A stretch of DNA of 64,000 bases, taken from NCBI GenBank assembly GCA_038885755.1, contig JAVZZH010000003.1, forward strand, positions 1-64,000, written 5' to 3'. The stretch comes from Candidatus Caldarchaeum sp. Its GTDB lineage: Archaea > Thermoproteota > Nitrososphaeria_A > Caldarchaeales > Caldarchaeaceae. This document shows, piece after piece, positions 56,500 through 64,000 of this stretch. The first letter of the stretch is position 1; every line of letters begins with the position of its first letter. The position numbers and the translations under genes were made by a program. The notes below the pieces were generated by a model, which saw only the letters and a program-made list of their open reading frames with translations, searched no databases and was not told where the DNA came from.

Positions 56500-56826
56500 G
56501 CCTCGCGACTGCCGGGTTTAGAGGGATGCGGGCTCGGAGAAAATCACATTCAAGACCTTGAGCCACAAGACGCTGAAATGGATCGGAATGCTTACGATGA
56601 GGGGGGAGATGTTCCTGAAGGCAGGTCTGGAGAATGGGTTCTTCGACCATCCTAGGAAGACATTCGTCAGGAATCTAGAGTGAAGTTCCTCGAGCAACAC
56701 CTAGGGAGCTGGGTTCGTCTGTTCAGCCAGCATGTGGAGAAGAACGCTGAAAAACCTGCCTACGTGCTTTGGTGCCGCATCCTCGTCGAGTATCTAGAGC
56801 TTGCAACGACGTGGGTTAATGTTTAA
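56500..56826 (+). pseudogene. Decayed TorD/DmsD-family chaperone remnant
   Basis: After TAG 56653-55 the frame reads EDIRQESRVKFLEQHLGSWVRLFSQHVEKNAEKPAY. Another upstream frame reads RV*RDAGSE...SH..LKWIGML, resembling the FY..AG...DH..EL.FM..L region. Confidence 0.55.
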
Positions 56827-56864
56827 GAGGAGCCGTTAACAAGCCTGAGCAGGAGTGGTGAAGC

Positions 56865-57176
56865 TTGGAGTACATCTACGCAGCCCTTCTTCTCCACAAA
56901 GCAGGCAAGAAAGTAGACGAGGACAACCTCAAGAAAGTAGTTGAGGCAGCAGGCCTTTCCCCCGACATGTCCAAGATCAAGTCTCTGACAGCATCCCTGT
57001 CCGAGATAAACATAGACGAGGTCCTCAAGCAGGCTGCTGCAGCCCCCGTAGCTCCAGCCGCCCCGGCACCGGCTCCGGCTGCCCCGGCTGCCGCTCCAGC
57101 TGAAAAGCCTAAGGAAGAGAAGAAGGAGGAGGAGAAGGAGGAAGCTCTTTCGGGCTTGAGCGCTCTGTTCGGTTGA
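56865..57176 (+). CDS. rpl12p: Ribosomal stalk protein P1/L12
   Basis: [11 protein letters not shown], Ala/Pro hinge and EEE...GLSALFG. Confidence 0.97.
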   Translation: MEYIYAALLLHKAGKKVDEDNLKKVVEAAGLSPDMSKIKSLTASLSEINIDEVLKQAAAAPVAPAAPAPAPAAPAAAPAEKPKEEKKEEEKEEALSGLSALFG

Positions 57177-57255
57177 CTTGGCGTGAGGCTTTAGGCCTGC
57201 CAAGGCTTAAGTTTAGGAGTCTCGATAGAGAAGGAAACAACCCGGGGTATGCGTC

Positions 57256-59979
57256 ATGCCGTTCGACGAGGCTGAGTACAGGCTGGACTTCTTCCTGTCT
57301 AACTCGTTCGTCAGAAAACAGTGCAGGGTCTGCGGCGAGTTTTTCTGGACTCTCGACGCCGGGAGGGAGACGTGCGGTGAATCGCCGTGCGTCGAGTACA
57401 GTTTTCTCGAAAGGCCTTATTCGAAGGTAAGGCTGTCTGTGAGGGAGTCGAGGCGCAGGTTTATAGACTTCTTCGCCGAAAGAGGCCACCAGCCCGTAAA
57501 ACCCTACCCCATCGTAGCGAGGTGGAGGACAGACCTCTTCCTCACAGACGCATCCATCGTCGACTTCCAGCCGTGGGTGACGGACGGCATAGCGCCTCCC
57601 CCGGCGAATCCTCTCGTCGTGAGCCAGCCGTGCGCAAGGCTCGTCGACTTGGACAAGATCGGGCTTACTTTCGGCCGCCACCTCACGGTCTTCGAGATGG
57701 GCGGTCATCACGCCTTCAACTACCCCGACAGGAAGGTTTACTGGAAGGATGAGACGACGGCTTACTGCCACGAGTTCATGACGGAGGTGTTGGGAGTCTC
57801 TCCGTCCGAGTTGGTCTACAAGGAATCGTGGTGGTCCGGCGGAGGGAACGAGGGGCCTTGTCTAGAGGTGGTGGCGGGCGGGCTTGAGGTCGCCACACTC
57901 GTCTTCATGCAGTTCAAAACTCTCGACGGCGGCAGAGTGGAGACGCCGATAAAAACCGTCGACACAGGCTACGGGATCGAGAGGCTGGCGTGGTTTACTC
58001 AGGGAACTCCCAGCGCCTTCGAGGCGATCTACGGAGACCTCGTCTGGAAGGTGGGTGATATGCTGGGAGTCAACAGGCCTCCAGCCAGTCTCTTGACCAA
58101 GTACGCTAGGCACACGGGCCACGTTGTTCCGAAGGCCGGTGTGTCTGTGGCTGAGCTCAGGAGGCGTGTCGCCGAGCTGGCTGGCGTAAGCCTCGACGAC
58201 GTCATCTCCCACATTCAGCCTTACGAGAGGCTTTGCAGCAGCATAGACTACAGCAGGGCTATCGCCTTCATCGTTTCCGAGGGCGTTGTCCCCAGCAACG
58301 TCAAGACAGGCTACCTCGCAAGGCTTCTGATACGCAGGGCCTTCAGACTGCTCAAAACATTTCAGGCGGAGGACCGTCTCCTCGACCTCGTAAACCTCCA
58401 GATAGACTTCTGGAAAAGCGATTTCCCCCACTTGGAAGAGATGAGGGACGAAGTGCTTGAGATAGTCGGCCACGAGGTCAGCAAGTTCCGTGAAACGCTT
58501 TCGAGAGGAGTTGAGGCTATTTCGAAAGAGTTGAGAAGCCTCGGCAGAGAGCTGTCAGTCGACAAGCTGATCAAGTACTACGACGACAAAGGCATAACGC
58601 CTGACGTGGTTGCGGACATAGCTGCGAAGGCCGGGTTGACGGTTTCCATACCTGAGAACTTCTACGAGCTCGTGGCAGCCCGACACATCCGTGAAACACC
58701 TCAGGAGAAACCCGACGACCTGAAGATGGATGTGAGCAAGTATCCTCCGACCGTTAAGCTCTACTACGAGCAGCCTTGGAGCTTCACGTTCAAAGCCCGT
58801 GTGCTGGGCGTTGAAAACAGCTACGTCATCCTCGACGCCACTCTCTTCTACCCTGAGGGAGGAGGGGCTGTGGGAGACAGAGGCTTCTTGGTGTTCAGCG
58901 GCAGACAAGCCGCCGTGGTTGACACAAAAAGCATCGGCGACGTGGTTGTTCACAAGCTCGATGGCCCTCTTCCGGAGGCCGGGGAGGAGGTTGAGGGCTT
59001 TGTCGACGCCGAGCACAGGCTGGGAGTCGTCCGCCACCACACCGCAACCCACATACTTCTAGGGGCTGTGAGGAGGGTTCTGGGCAGGCATGCTTGGCAG
59101 GCTGGGGCTCGGAAGGAGGCTGACAAAGGCCGGCTGGATGTCTACCATCACAAGAGGATTACGCCGGAGCAGGTTCGTGAGATAGAGAACCTAGCCAACA
59201 AGGTCGTCGCCAGACGTATCCCGGTGCTGATAAAGTGGCAGGAGAGGAACAAGGCTGAGGAGGCTTACGGGTTCACGCTCTACCAAGGCGGTGAGGTGCC
59301 GCTGGGAAACATCAGAGTGGTCGAGATAGTCGGCTGGGATGTGGAGGCGTGCGGAGGGCTTCACTGCGAAAACACAGAGGACGTCGGGCTCATAAAGGTC
59401 GTGTCGACGGGACGCATACAGGACGGCGTTGAACGCCTAATCTTCACGGCGGGGCCCGTGTCCCTAGCCAGATACCAGCAGCTAGAGGAAGACCTCCAGA
59501 GGGTTGCTGAAACCATCCAGAGCCCCGTCGAAGACGTTGTGAAGAAGGTTGAGGAGCTCAGCGACCAGCACAAAGCCTTGAGGAAAACCTTCAAAAAGCT
59601 GATGGACAGCTACGTTGTTCTGAAAGCAGCTGAGCTCCGCAGCATAGCGATACCTGTTGAGAAAGCTTTGCTGTACATTTCGGAGGAGGAGTTCGACGAC
59701 GAAGAATACTTGACGAAGCTGGCGGCTGAGGTTGTGAAGACTGATAAGCCGTCGCTGGCCCTAGTCTACGCGGGCTCTCCCACGTCCAAGATAGCGTGTG
59801 TTGTCAACGAGCAAGCTGTCGAGAAAGGCTACCGTGCTGGGACAATAGCCCGGCTTGTCTGCGAGGCCGCTGGCGGCAAGGGAGGCGGTACGGATACGCT
59901 GGGCCGTGGAGCCGCTCCGAGAGAGCCGCTCACGACAGTAATCTCGGACATAACCAAGCTCGTCAAGCCGAGCCCGTAG
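57256..59979 (+). CDS. alaS: Alanine--tRNA ligase
   Basis: ASI.DFQP, FEMGGHHAFN, ATLVFMQ, DTGYG.ER, HTATH, CGG.H and GKGGG. Confidence 0.97.
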   Translation: MPFDEAEYRLDFFLSNSFVRKQCRVCGEFFWTLDAGRETCGESPCVEYSFLERPYSKVRLSVRESRRRFIDFFAERGHQPVKPYPIVARWRTDLFLTDASIVDFQPWVTDGIAPPPANPLVVSQPCARLVDLDKIGLTFGRHLTVFEMGGHHAFNYPDRKVYWKDETTAYCHEFMTEVLGVSPSELVYKESWWSGGGNEGPCLEVVAGGLEVATLVFMQFKTLDGGRVETPIKTVDTGYGIERLAWFTQGTPSAFEAIYGDLVWKVGDMLGVNRPPASLLTKYARHTGHVVPKAGVSVAELRRRVAELAGVSLDDVISHIQPYERLCSSIDYSRAIAFIVSEGVVPSNVKTGYLARLLIRRAFRLLKTFQAEDRLLDLVNLQIDFWKSDFPHLEEMRDEVLEIVGHEVSKFRETLSRGVEAISKELRSLGRELSVDKLIKYYDDKGITPDVVADIAAKAGLTVSIPENFYELVAARHIRETPQEKPDDLKMDVSKYPPTVKLYYEQPWSFTFKARVLGVENSYVILDATLFYPEGGGAVGDRGFLVFSGRQAAVVDTKSIGDVVVHKLDGPLPEAGEEVEGFVDAEHRLGVVRHHTATHILLGAVRRVLGRHAWQAGARKEADKGRLDVYHHKRITPEQVREIENLANKVVARRIPVLIKWQERNKAEEAYGFTLYQGGEVPLGNIRVVEIVGWDVEACGGLHCENTEDVGLIKVVSTGRIQDGVERLIFTAGPVSLARYQQLEEDLQRVAETIQSPVEDVVKKVEELSDQHKALRKTFKKLMDSYVVLKAAELRSIAIPVEKALLYISEEEFDDEEYLTKLAAEVVKTDKPSLALVYAGSPTSKIACVVNEQAVEKGYRAGTIARLVCEAAGGKGGGTDTLGRGAAPREPLTTVISDITKLVKPSP

Positions 59980-60826
59980 CTTTAGCCAACGCCGTCGCCT
60001 GCGACACAGCCCTAGCGATCATCAACGGCACCGTCTCGCTGCTGTAGTACCCGGCCTCGACAGCCAGAGCAGCTGCTTCACGGCTTGCCTTGACTAGCAG
60101 GGTCGGCAGTGTTTCAGGCGAGACGTAGGCTGTGTTGATGGCCAGCAGCAGCGCTTGGCTGAAGGCGTTAACCAGCTCCTTCGACACCTTGTCGAGGTCG
60201 ATGAGCAGGTCGGGGCCCTCTATGATGACGCCGTCCTCGTAAGCCCGTGTGATGGTGATTCCACGCAGCACGGACTTTATGTCGAGCTTGACCAGAAGGC
60301 TCGCTAGGAGCTGGGAGATTTCATCACCCTTCTTAGCCACGAGGGTGTCCTTGGCTATCCAGACCTGACCGCCCTCGATCCTCGTAGGGATCCGCAGTTT
60401 GCCGAAGTCGCTGAGTATCGGGCCGGGAGGTAGACCCGTGTTCGTCTCGGGAACCCATACATCGAAGTCAGCCTTCTCACCTGCCTTTGCATACATCGGC
60501 ACCTTGCTCTTCTCAAGCATCAAAGCCAGCTTGAAGCTGTTAACGTTGCTGAACAGGAAGCCTATGGGGCCCTTCGCATCCGCAACAAGCCTCTCCAAGT
60601 CAGGCTTGCCGGCCAGCCTGCAAGCCTTGAGGAACAGCGTCTTCTTCAGCACACGGCCATCGCAGACACCCCTCAGCTTCTTCCTCATCTCATGCACCGT
60701 GTTAGCCCTCACCCCGGTCAGGTCGAAGACAGCCACGACCCGGTATTTCTTGATGAGCTCCGCAGCCTCCTCGACCAGCTTAGCCTTCTTGACCAGCGCA
60801 GGCCTCGCAACCGTCTTCACAGCCAT
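59963..60826 (-). CDS. rpl10: Ribosomal protein L10/P0
   Basis: R..LRG, AKAG, TG.PPGP and IPT.I..G...I.KD. Confidence 0.95.
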   Translation of the reverse strand: MAVKTVARPALVKKAKLVEEAAELIKKYRVVAVFDLTGVRANTVHEMRKKLRGVCDGRVLKKTLFLKACRLAGKPDLERLVADAKGPIGFLFSNVNSFKLALMLEKSKVPMYAKAGEKADFDVWVPETNTGLPPGPILSDFGKLRIPTRIEGGQVWIAKDTLVAKKGDEISQLLASLLVKLDIKSVLRGITITRAYEDGVIIEGPDLLIDLDKVSKELVNAFSQALLLAINTAYVSPETLPTLLVKASREAAALAVEAGYYSSETVPLMIARAVSQATALAKATGSA

Positions 60827-60876
60827 GACCAGACCTCTCCAGCCTGATATCTTGGCAAAACCCTAGTTAATAACTC

Positions 60877-61536
60877 CTACAGCTCGACTTTTACGGGCTT
60901 TCCACGGGTGGCTTTGAGGTAAACGCTTTTGACGCTTCTCTGCCTCTTCTCCAGCTTCTCGACAACCCTGTTGAACACGGCTTCGGCGTTTTCAGCTATC
61001 TTCTCGTCGCTGTCCTCCTCGAGACCTACGAGGCACGCAACCTGCTGGTTTTTTCTCAGCTGAACCTGCACGCTGTTGGCAAATCGTTTCACCAACCTTT
61101 GAAAATCTGACCCGGGAGGGATGGGTATCGGTGTTTTACCGCGTGAGCCAAGAGCAGCTCCCAAAGCTCTCGCAGCAAGCCCCATCAAAGCCGGCTCAAC
61201 CAGCACAAAGTCGTACTGGGAGGCGATCTTCTTAGCCTCCTTCTTCTTCCCAACAAGCGGCTCCAGCTCCTCCCTGCTTAAAACCTTCGACACACCCTCT
61301 GTCCGGCCGGCTTCGAGAGCTAGGTTGCCCGAAGCAACCACGAGTATCTTCCTCTTCTTACGCCCCAAGTCGTTGGGCAGCTCAACGACTTCTGTGAAAC
61401 GGTTCTGAGGCTTCGACAGGTCTACCCCCGTGATGTTAACGATCATCTCGATCGATTGCTTGAACTTGGAAGGCATCATCCTCTCCCTAACCTGCTTGAC
61501 GGCGTTGACAAACTTCGAACTGACGGCACGCATCAA
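60877..61536 (-). CDS. rpl1: Ribosomal protein L1
   Basis: F.QS.E..VN..G.DL, LG.RGK.P and Y.K.T.G.PV. Confidence 0.95.
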   Translation of the reverse strand: MMRAVSSKFVNAVKQVRERMMPSKFKQSIEMIVNITGVDLSKPQNRFTEVVELPNDLGRKKRKILVVASGNLALEAGRTEGVSKVLSREELEPLVGKKKEAKKIASQYDFVLVEPALMGLAARALGAALGSRGKTPIPIPPGSDFQRLVKRFANSVQVQLRKNQQVACLVGLEEDSDEKIAENAEAVFNRVVEKLEKRQRSVKSVYLKATRGKPVKVEL

Positions 61537-62030
61537 TTCTTATCACCTAGGTAGCTGTCATACTTGCCGTTCTCAACCTGCTTGACAACCTCCTTAGCGG
61601 GCATTCCATCAACCTTGACCCCCATGCTCACGCAGGTGCCGAGGATCTCCTTGACAGCAGCCTTCAACGTCTTAGACCTCATGTCTGGCAGTTTCTTGCT
61701 AGCGATACTGACGATGTCGGAGAACTTGACGTCGGCCACGAAATCCTTGCCCGCGGTGCCGGAGCCCTTAGATATGCCGGCCGTGCTCGCTATGAGCGCA
61801 GCCGTGCTCGGCGTGCCGACCCTGACCGTGAACCTCTTCGTGTCGGTGTCGACGACTATCTCGACAGGAACACGCATCCCCATGTATTCGCCCGTCTGCT
61901 TGTTGACCTCTTCAGCCACTGCCAGAACATTCAACCCCAGCGGTCCCAGCGCAGGCCCTAGAGGAGGGCCGGCAGTGACCTTACCGCCTTCCACGAGAAA
62001 CCTGAAGGTTTTTTCACCCATCCTATCCAA
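61533..62030 (-). CDS. rpl11: Ribosomal protein L11
   Basis: GG..T.GPPLGPALGPLG and K...GTC.SMG. Confidence 0.97.
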   Translation of the reverse strand: MDRMGEKTFRFLVEGGKVTAGPPLGPALGPLGLNVLAVAEEVNKQTGEYMGMRVPVEIVVDTDTKRFTVRVGTPSTAALIASTAGISKGSGTAGKDFVADVKFSDIVSIASKKLPDMRSKTLKAAVKEILGTCVSMGVKVDGMPAKEVVKQVENGKYDSYLGDKN

Positions 62031-62057
62031 CTGCTGCCAACGGCTTACTCATAAATG

Positions 62058-62957
62058 CTACGTCTTCGACACAGGCCTTACGGCGTCTATGGAGATTGAT
62101 ATGGGTAGCTGGAAAGCAGCCTCACGCAGTTCCAGCGTGACCTCCCTCTTCGCCTTCTCCACCCTGATGACCTTGCCTGTGATGCCCTTGAGAGGCCCTG
62201 AGACTATTTCCACTACTTGGCCCGTCTCTATCAAGTCTATCAAGGGTTTTTCGACTAGGTGGGGGGCTATCGTCTCGAGGCTGACAGTCATCGGCGGCCT
62301 TGCTTTGACGTTCCGTATGTTCTGAAGGACGTCGGCCACCACCTCACGCCGTGTCGTCTCCACGAAGACGTATCCCTTCAGAGCTGGAAGAATGAGGACG
62401 GATGCGACGGGAACCTTCTCGAACAGCTTGAACAACGGTACGAACTCTTCCCTTCTACGCCCGCCTCCAGAGTAAACCCAAGCCTCCATCTCCTCGTTTC
62501 CGTCATAGGAGTAGAACCAGTTGTAGCCCCCCTCCTCCTTCTGCGTCTTCAGCAACACCAGAGCATACCTGCCCCCCCGTTTAAGCTCCACCGGCGTCGG
62601 AAAGTTGAGGTCAGCCCAGCCCTCCACCCTGAGAAGCAGAGGGTCATAACGCGCCTCTCCCAGCCACTGCTCCGACAGCTCCCCCTCCTCTCCAACCGAA
62701 TGAATCCTAGCACGGAGAGGCTCCGACGGCTCGCCCGACTTGCTGATGTAAACCGAGACTCTCTCGACGGCGGTGGTCTTGGGCGATGTGAAGAAAACCG
62801 CCAGATGCTCCTCGTCAGACACTCGTGCAGCGCCCTTAGCCTCCTTGACGAAGTCTAGGAAGACTCCGTGGAACCTAGACTCGAGAATGCCGGCTACCGA
62901 CCTCTCCTGCCCGACCGTGGTCTTTACCGCGAAATACTTCATCTCGGCCTTAACCAA
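62058..62957 (-). CDS. spt5: Transcription elongation factor Spt5/NusG with ~150-aa internal insertion
   Basis: YFAVKTT.GQE..VA and LKGYVFVE (NGN) plus G..VEIVSGP.KG..G.V (KOW); conserved secE-spt5-rpl11 context. Confidence 0.93.
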   Translation of the reverse strand: MVKAEMKYFAVKTTVGQERSVAGILESRFHGVFLDFVKEAKGAARVSDEEHLAVFFTSPKTTAVERVSVYISKSGEPSEPLRARIHSVGEEGELSEQWLGEARYDPLLLRVEGWADLNFPTPVELKRGGRYALVLLKTQKEEGGYNWFYSYDGNEEMEAWVYSGGGRRREEFVPLFKLFEKVPVASVLILPALKGYVFVETTRREVVADVLQNIRNVKARPPMTVSLETIAPHLVEKPLIDLIETGQVVEIVSGPLKGITGKVIRVEKAKREVTLELREAAFQLPISISIDAVRPVSKT

Positions 62958-62999
62958 CCCGGGATAACTTTTTCTCAGTCCATTATAAAGTATAGGGGT

Positions 63000-63170
63000 T
63001 CAGCCTACTTGGAAAGCAATGGCTATGAAACGGATTAGGAAGGCTATCAAGCCGATTATGCTGAGGCCGAGGAGCGTCATGCGCAGAGTTATGGAGTATT
63101 CTTTCCAGGTTGGTTTTTTCGCCATCTTGAAAAGCGTGACGACCGACTTTATGAAGCTCACCAGCCCCAT
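63000..63170 (-). CDS. secE: Protein translocase SecE/Sec61-gamma
   Basis: Manual translation MGLVSFIKSVVTLFKMAKKPTWKEYSITLRMTLLGLSIIGLIAFLIRFIAIAFQVG; below the ORF-track size cutoff. Confidence 0.93.
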   Translation of the reverse strand: MGLVSFIKSVVTLFKMAKKPTWKEYSITLRMTLLGLSIIGLIAFLIRFIAIAFQVG

Positions 63171-63204
63171 CCAGCTAAGGCTTTAAACCAGCTGGCTTTA
63201 TAGT

Positions 63205-64000
63205 TTATCCTCTACCGCCTCCAAGCAAGAAGTAGAGCAGAGAAGCCTCCGTGTGCATCCTGTTCTCAGCCTGGTCGTATATTACTGATTGAGGGCCGTA
63301 GGCTACTTCAGGGGTGACCTCCTCGTTCAAACGCATCGGCATGCAGTGCATGAACTTGGCGGACGGCTTGGCTAGCGCCATCAACTCCCTGTTCACTTGG
63401 TAGTTAGGCATGAAGGCCTCAAGCTTCCTCGCCCGCTCCTCGTCTTGGCCCATCGAGACGAAGACGTCGGTGTATACAAAGTCGGCATCGGCCACTGCTT
63501 CACGCGGGTCGTCGGTCAGAACAACCTCGCCCCCAGACCTTCCAGCCGCGCGGACCGCCTTCTCAACCTCCTCCGGGGCCGGCCTGTACTGAGGTGGAGT
63601 GGCGACCCATATCCTCATCCCCAACAGGGCTGACGCCTGCATCAGAGAAACGCAGACGTTGTTGCCGTCTCCGACGAAGGCTATCTTCGACTTGAAAGGC
63701 GTCTTGGAGAACTCTAAGACAGTCATAACGTCTGCAAGAGCTTGGCAGGGATGATGCCTGTCGCTCAGCGCATTTATCACGGGTATTCTACCGTTGCCGC
63801 TCAACTTCACCAAGTCTTGATGGCTGAACACACGAGCCACTAAGGCGTCTACGTACCTGCCCATCACCTTGCCCGTGTCCTCCACGGTCTCGCCTCTGCC
63901 AAGCTGCAGGTCTCCCCAGCCGAGGTAGAAGGAGTCGCCTCCCAACTTCGACACAGCCGACTGGAACGACACTCTTGTCCGTGTGGAAGGCTTCTGGAAG
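63205..64000 (-). CDS. argF: Ornithine carbamoyltransferase (5' end outside window)
   Basis: FQKPSTRTRVSF at the window edge, HPCQALAD, VGDGNNV, YTDV..SMG, FMHCMP and DQAENR.H. Confidence 0.96.
   Translation of the reverse strand, partial: FQKPSTRTRVSFQSAVSKLGGDSFYLGWGDLQLGRGETVEDTGKVMGRYVDALVARVFSHQDLVKLSGNGRIPVINALSDRHHPCQALADVMTVLEFSKTPFKSKIAFVGDGNNVCVSLMQASALLGMRIWVATPPQYRPAPEEVEKAVRAAGRSGGEVVLTDDPREAVADADFVYTDVFVSMGQDEERARKLEAFMPNYQVNRELMALAKPSAKFMHCMPMRLNEEVTPEVAYGPQSVIYDQAENRMHTEASLLYFLLGGGRG

Noticed and set aside
62418-62867. Intein or intron explanation for the Spt5 insertion
   Set aside because: No Cys/Ser start, no His-Asn end and no LAGLIDADG motif. No bulge-helix-bulge was noticed, and the insert is in frame and protein-like.

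Overview
A 64-kb window of a compact archaeal chromosome. Gene content and order (srp54-pus10-rpl21e-rpo4, secE-spt5-rpl11-rpl1-rpl10, Grs-like radical SAM, presenilin) suggest a thermophilic TACK archaeon, plausibly Aigarchaeota/Caldarchaeales (inference). Main blocks from left to right: partial ileS; a nirK/SCO/Bat-type regulator module; ETF with a membrane Fe-S oxidoreductase and malic enzyme; a complete type I-A CRISPR-Cas locus with a 19-repeat/18-spacer array; metG, an orphan DNA methylase and tRNA-Cys; a GDGT ring synthase-like radical SAM gene; a detached csx1/crn1 pair with an in-frame TAG in crn1; translation genes; a presenilin, KaiC-like and V4R cluster; mobAB, alaS, ribosomal protein genes, spt5 and partial argF. 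Most notable observations: (1) Spt5/NusG carries a ~150-aa beta-rich insertion inside its NGN domain. (2) Many spacers of the type I-A array look antisense to mRNA, one matching a ribonucleotide reductase motif and one a pilin-like signal peptide, alongside cA4-type effectors with no Cas10 in the window. (3) The ring nuclease is interrupted by an amber codon. (4) NirK is a Ser-catalytic, three-domain, membrane-anchored form with a palindromic operator. All calls were made by eye from motifs; no database searches were run.
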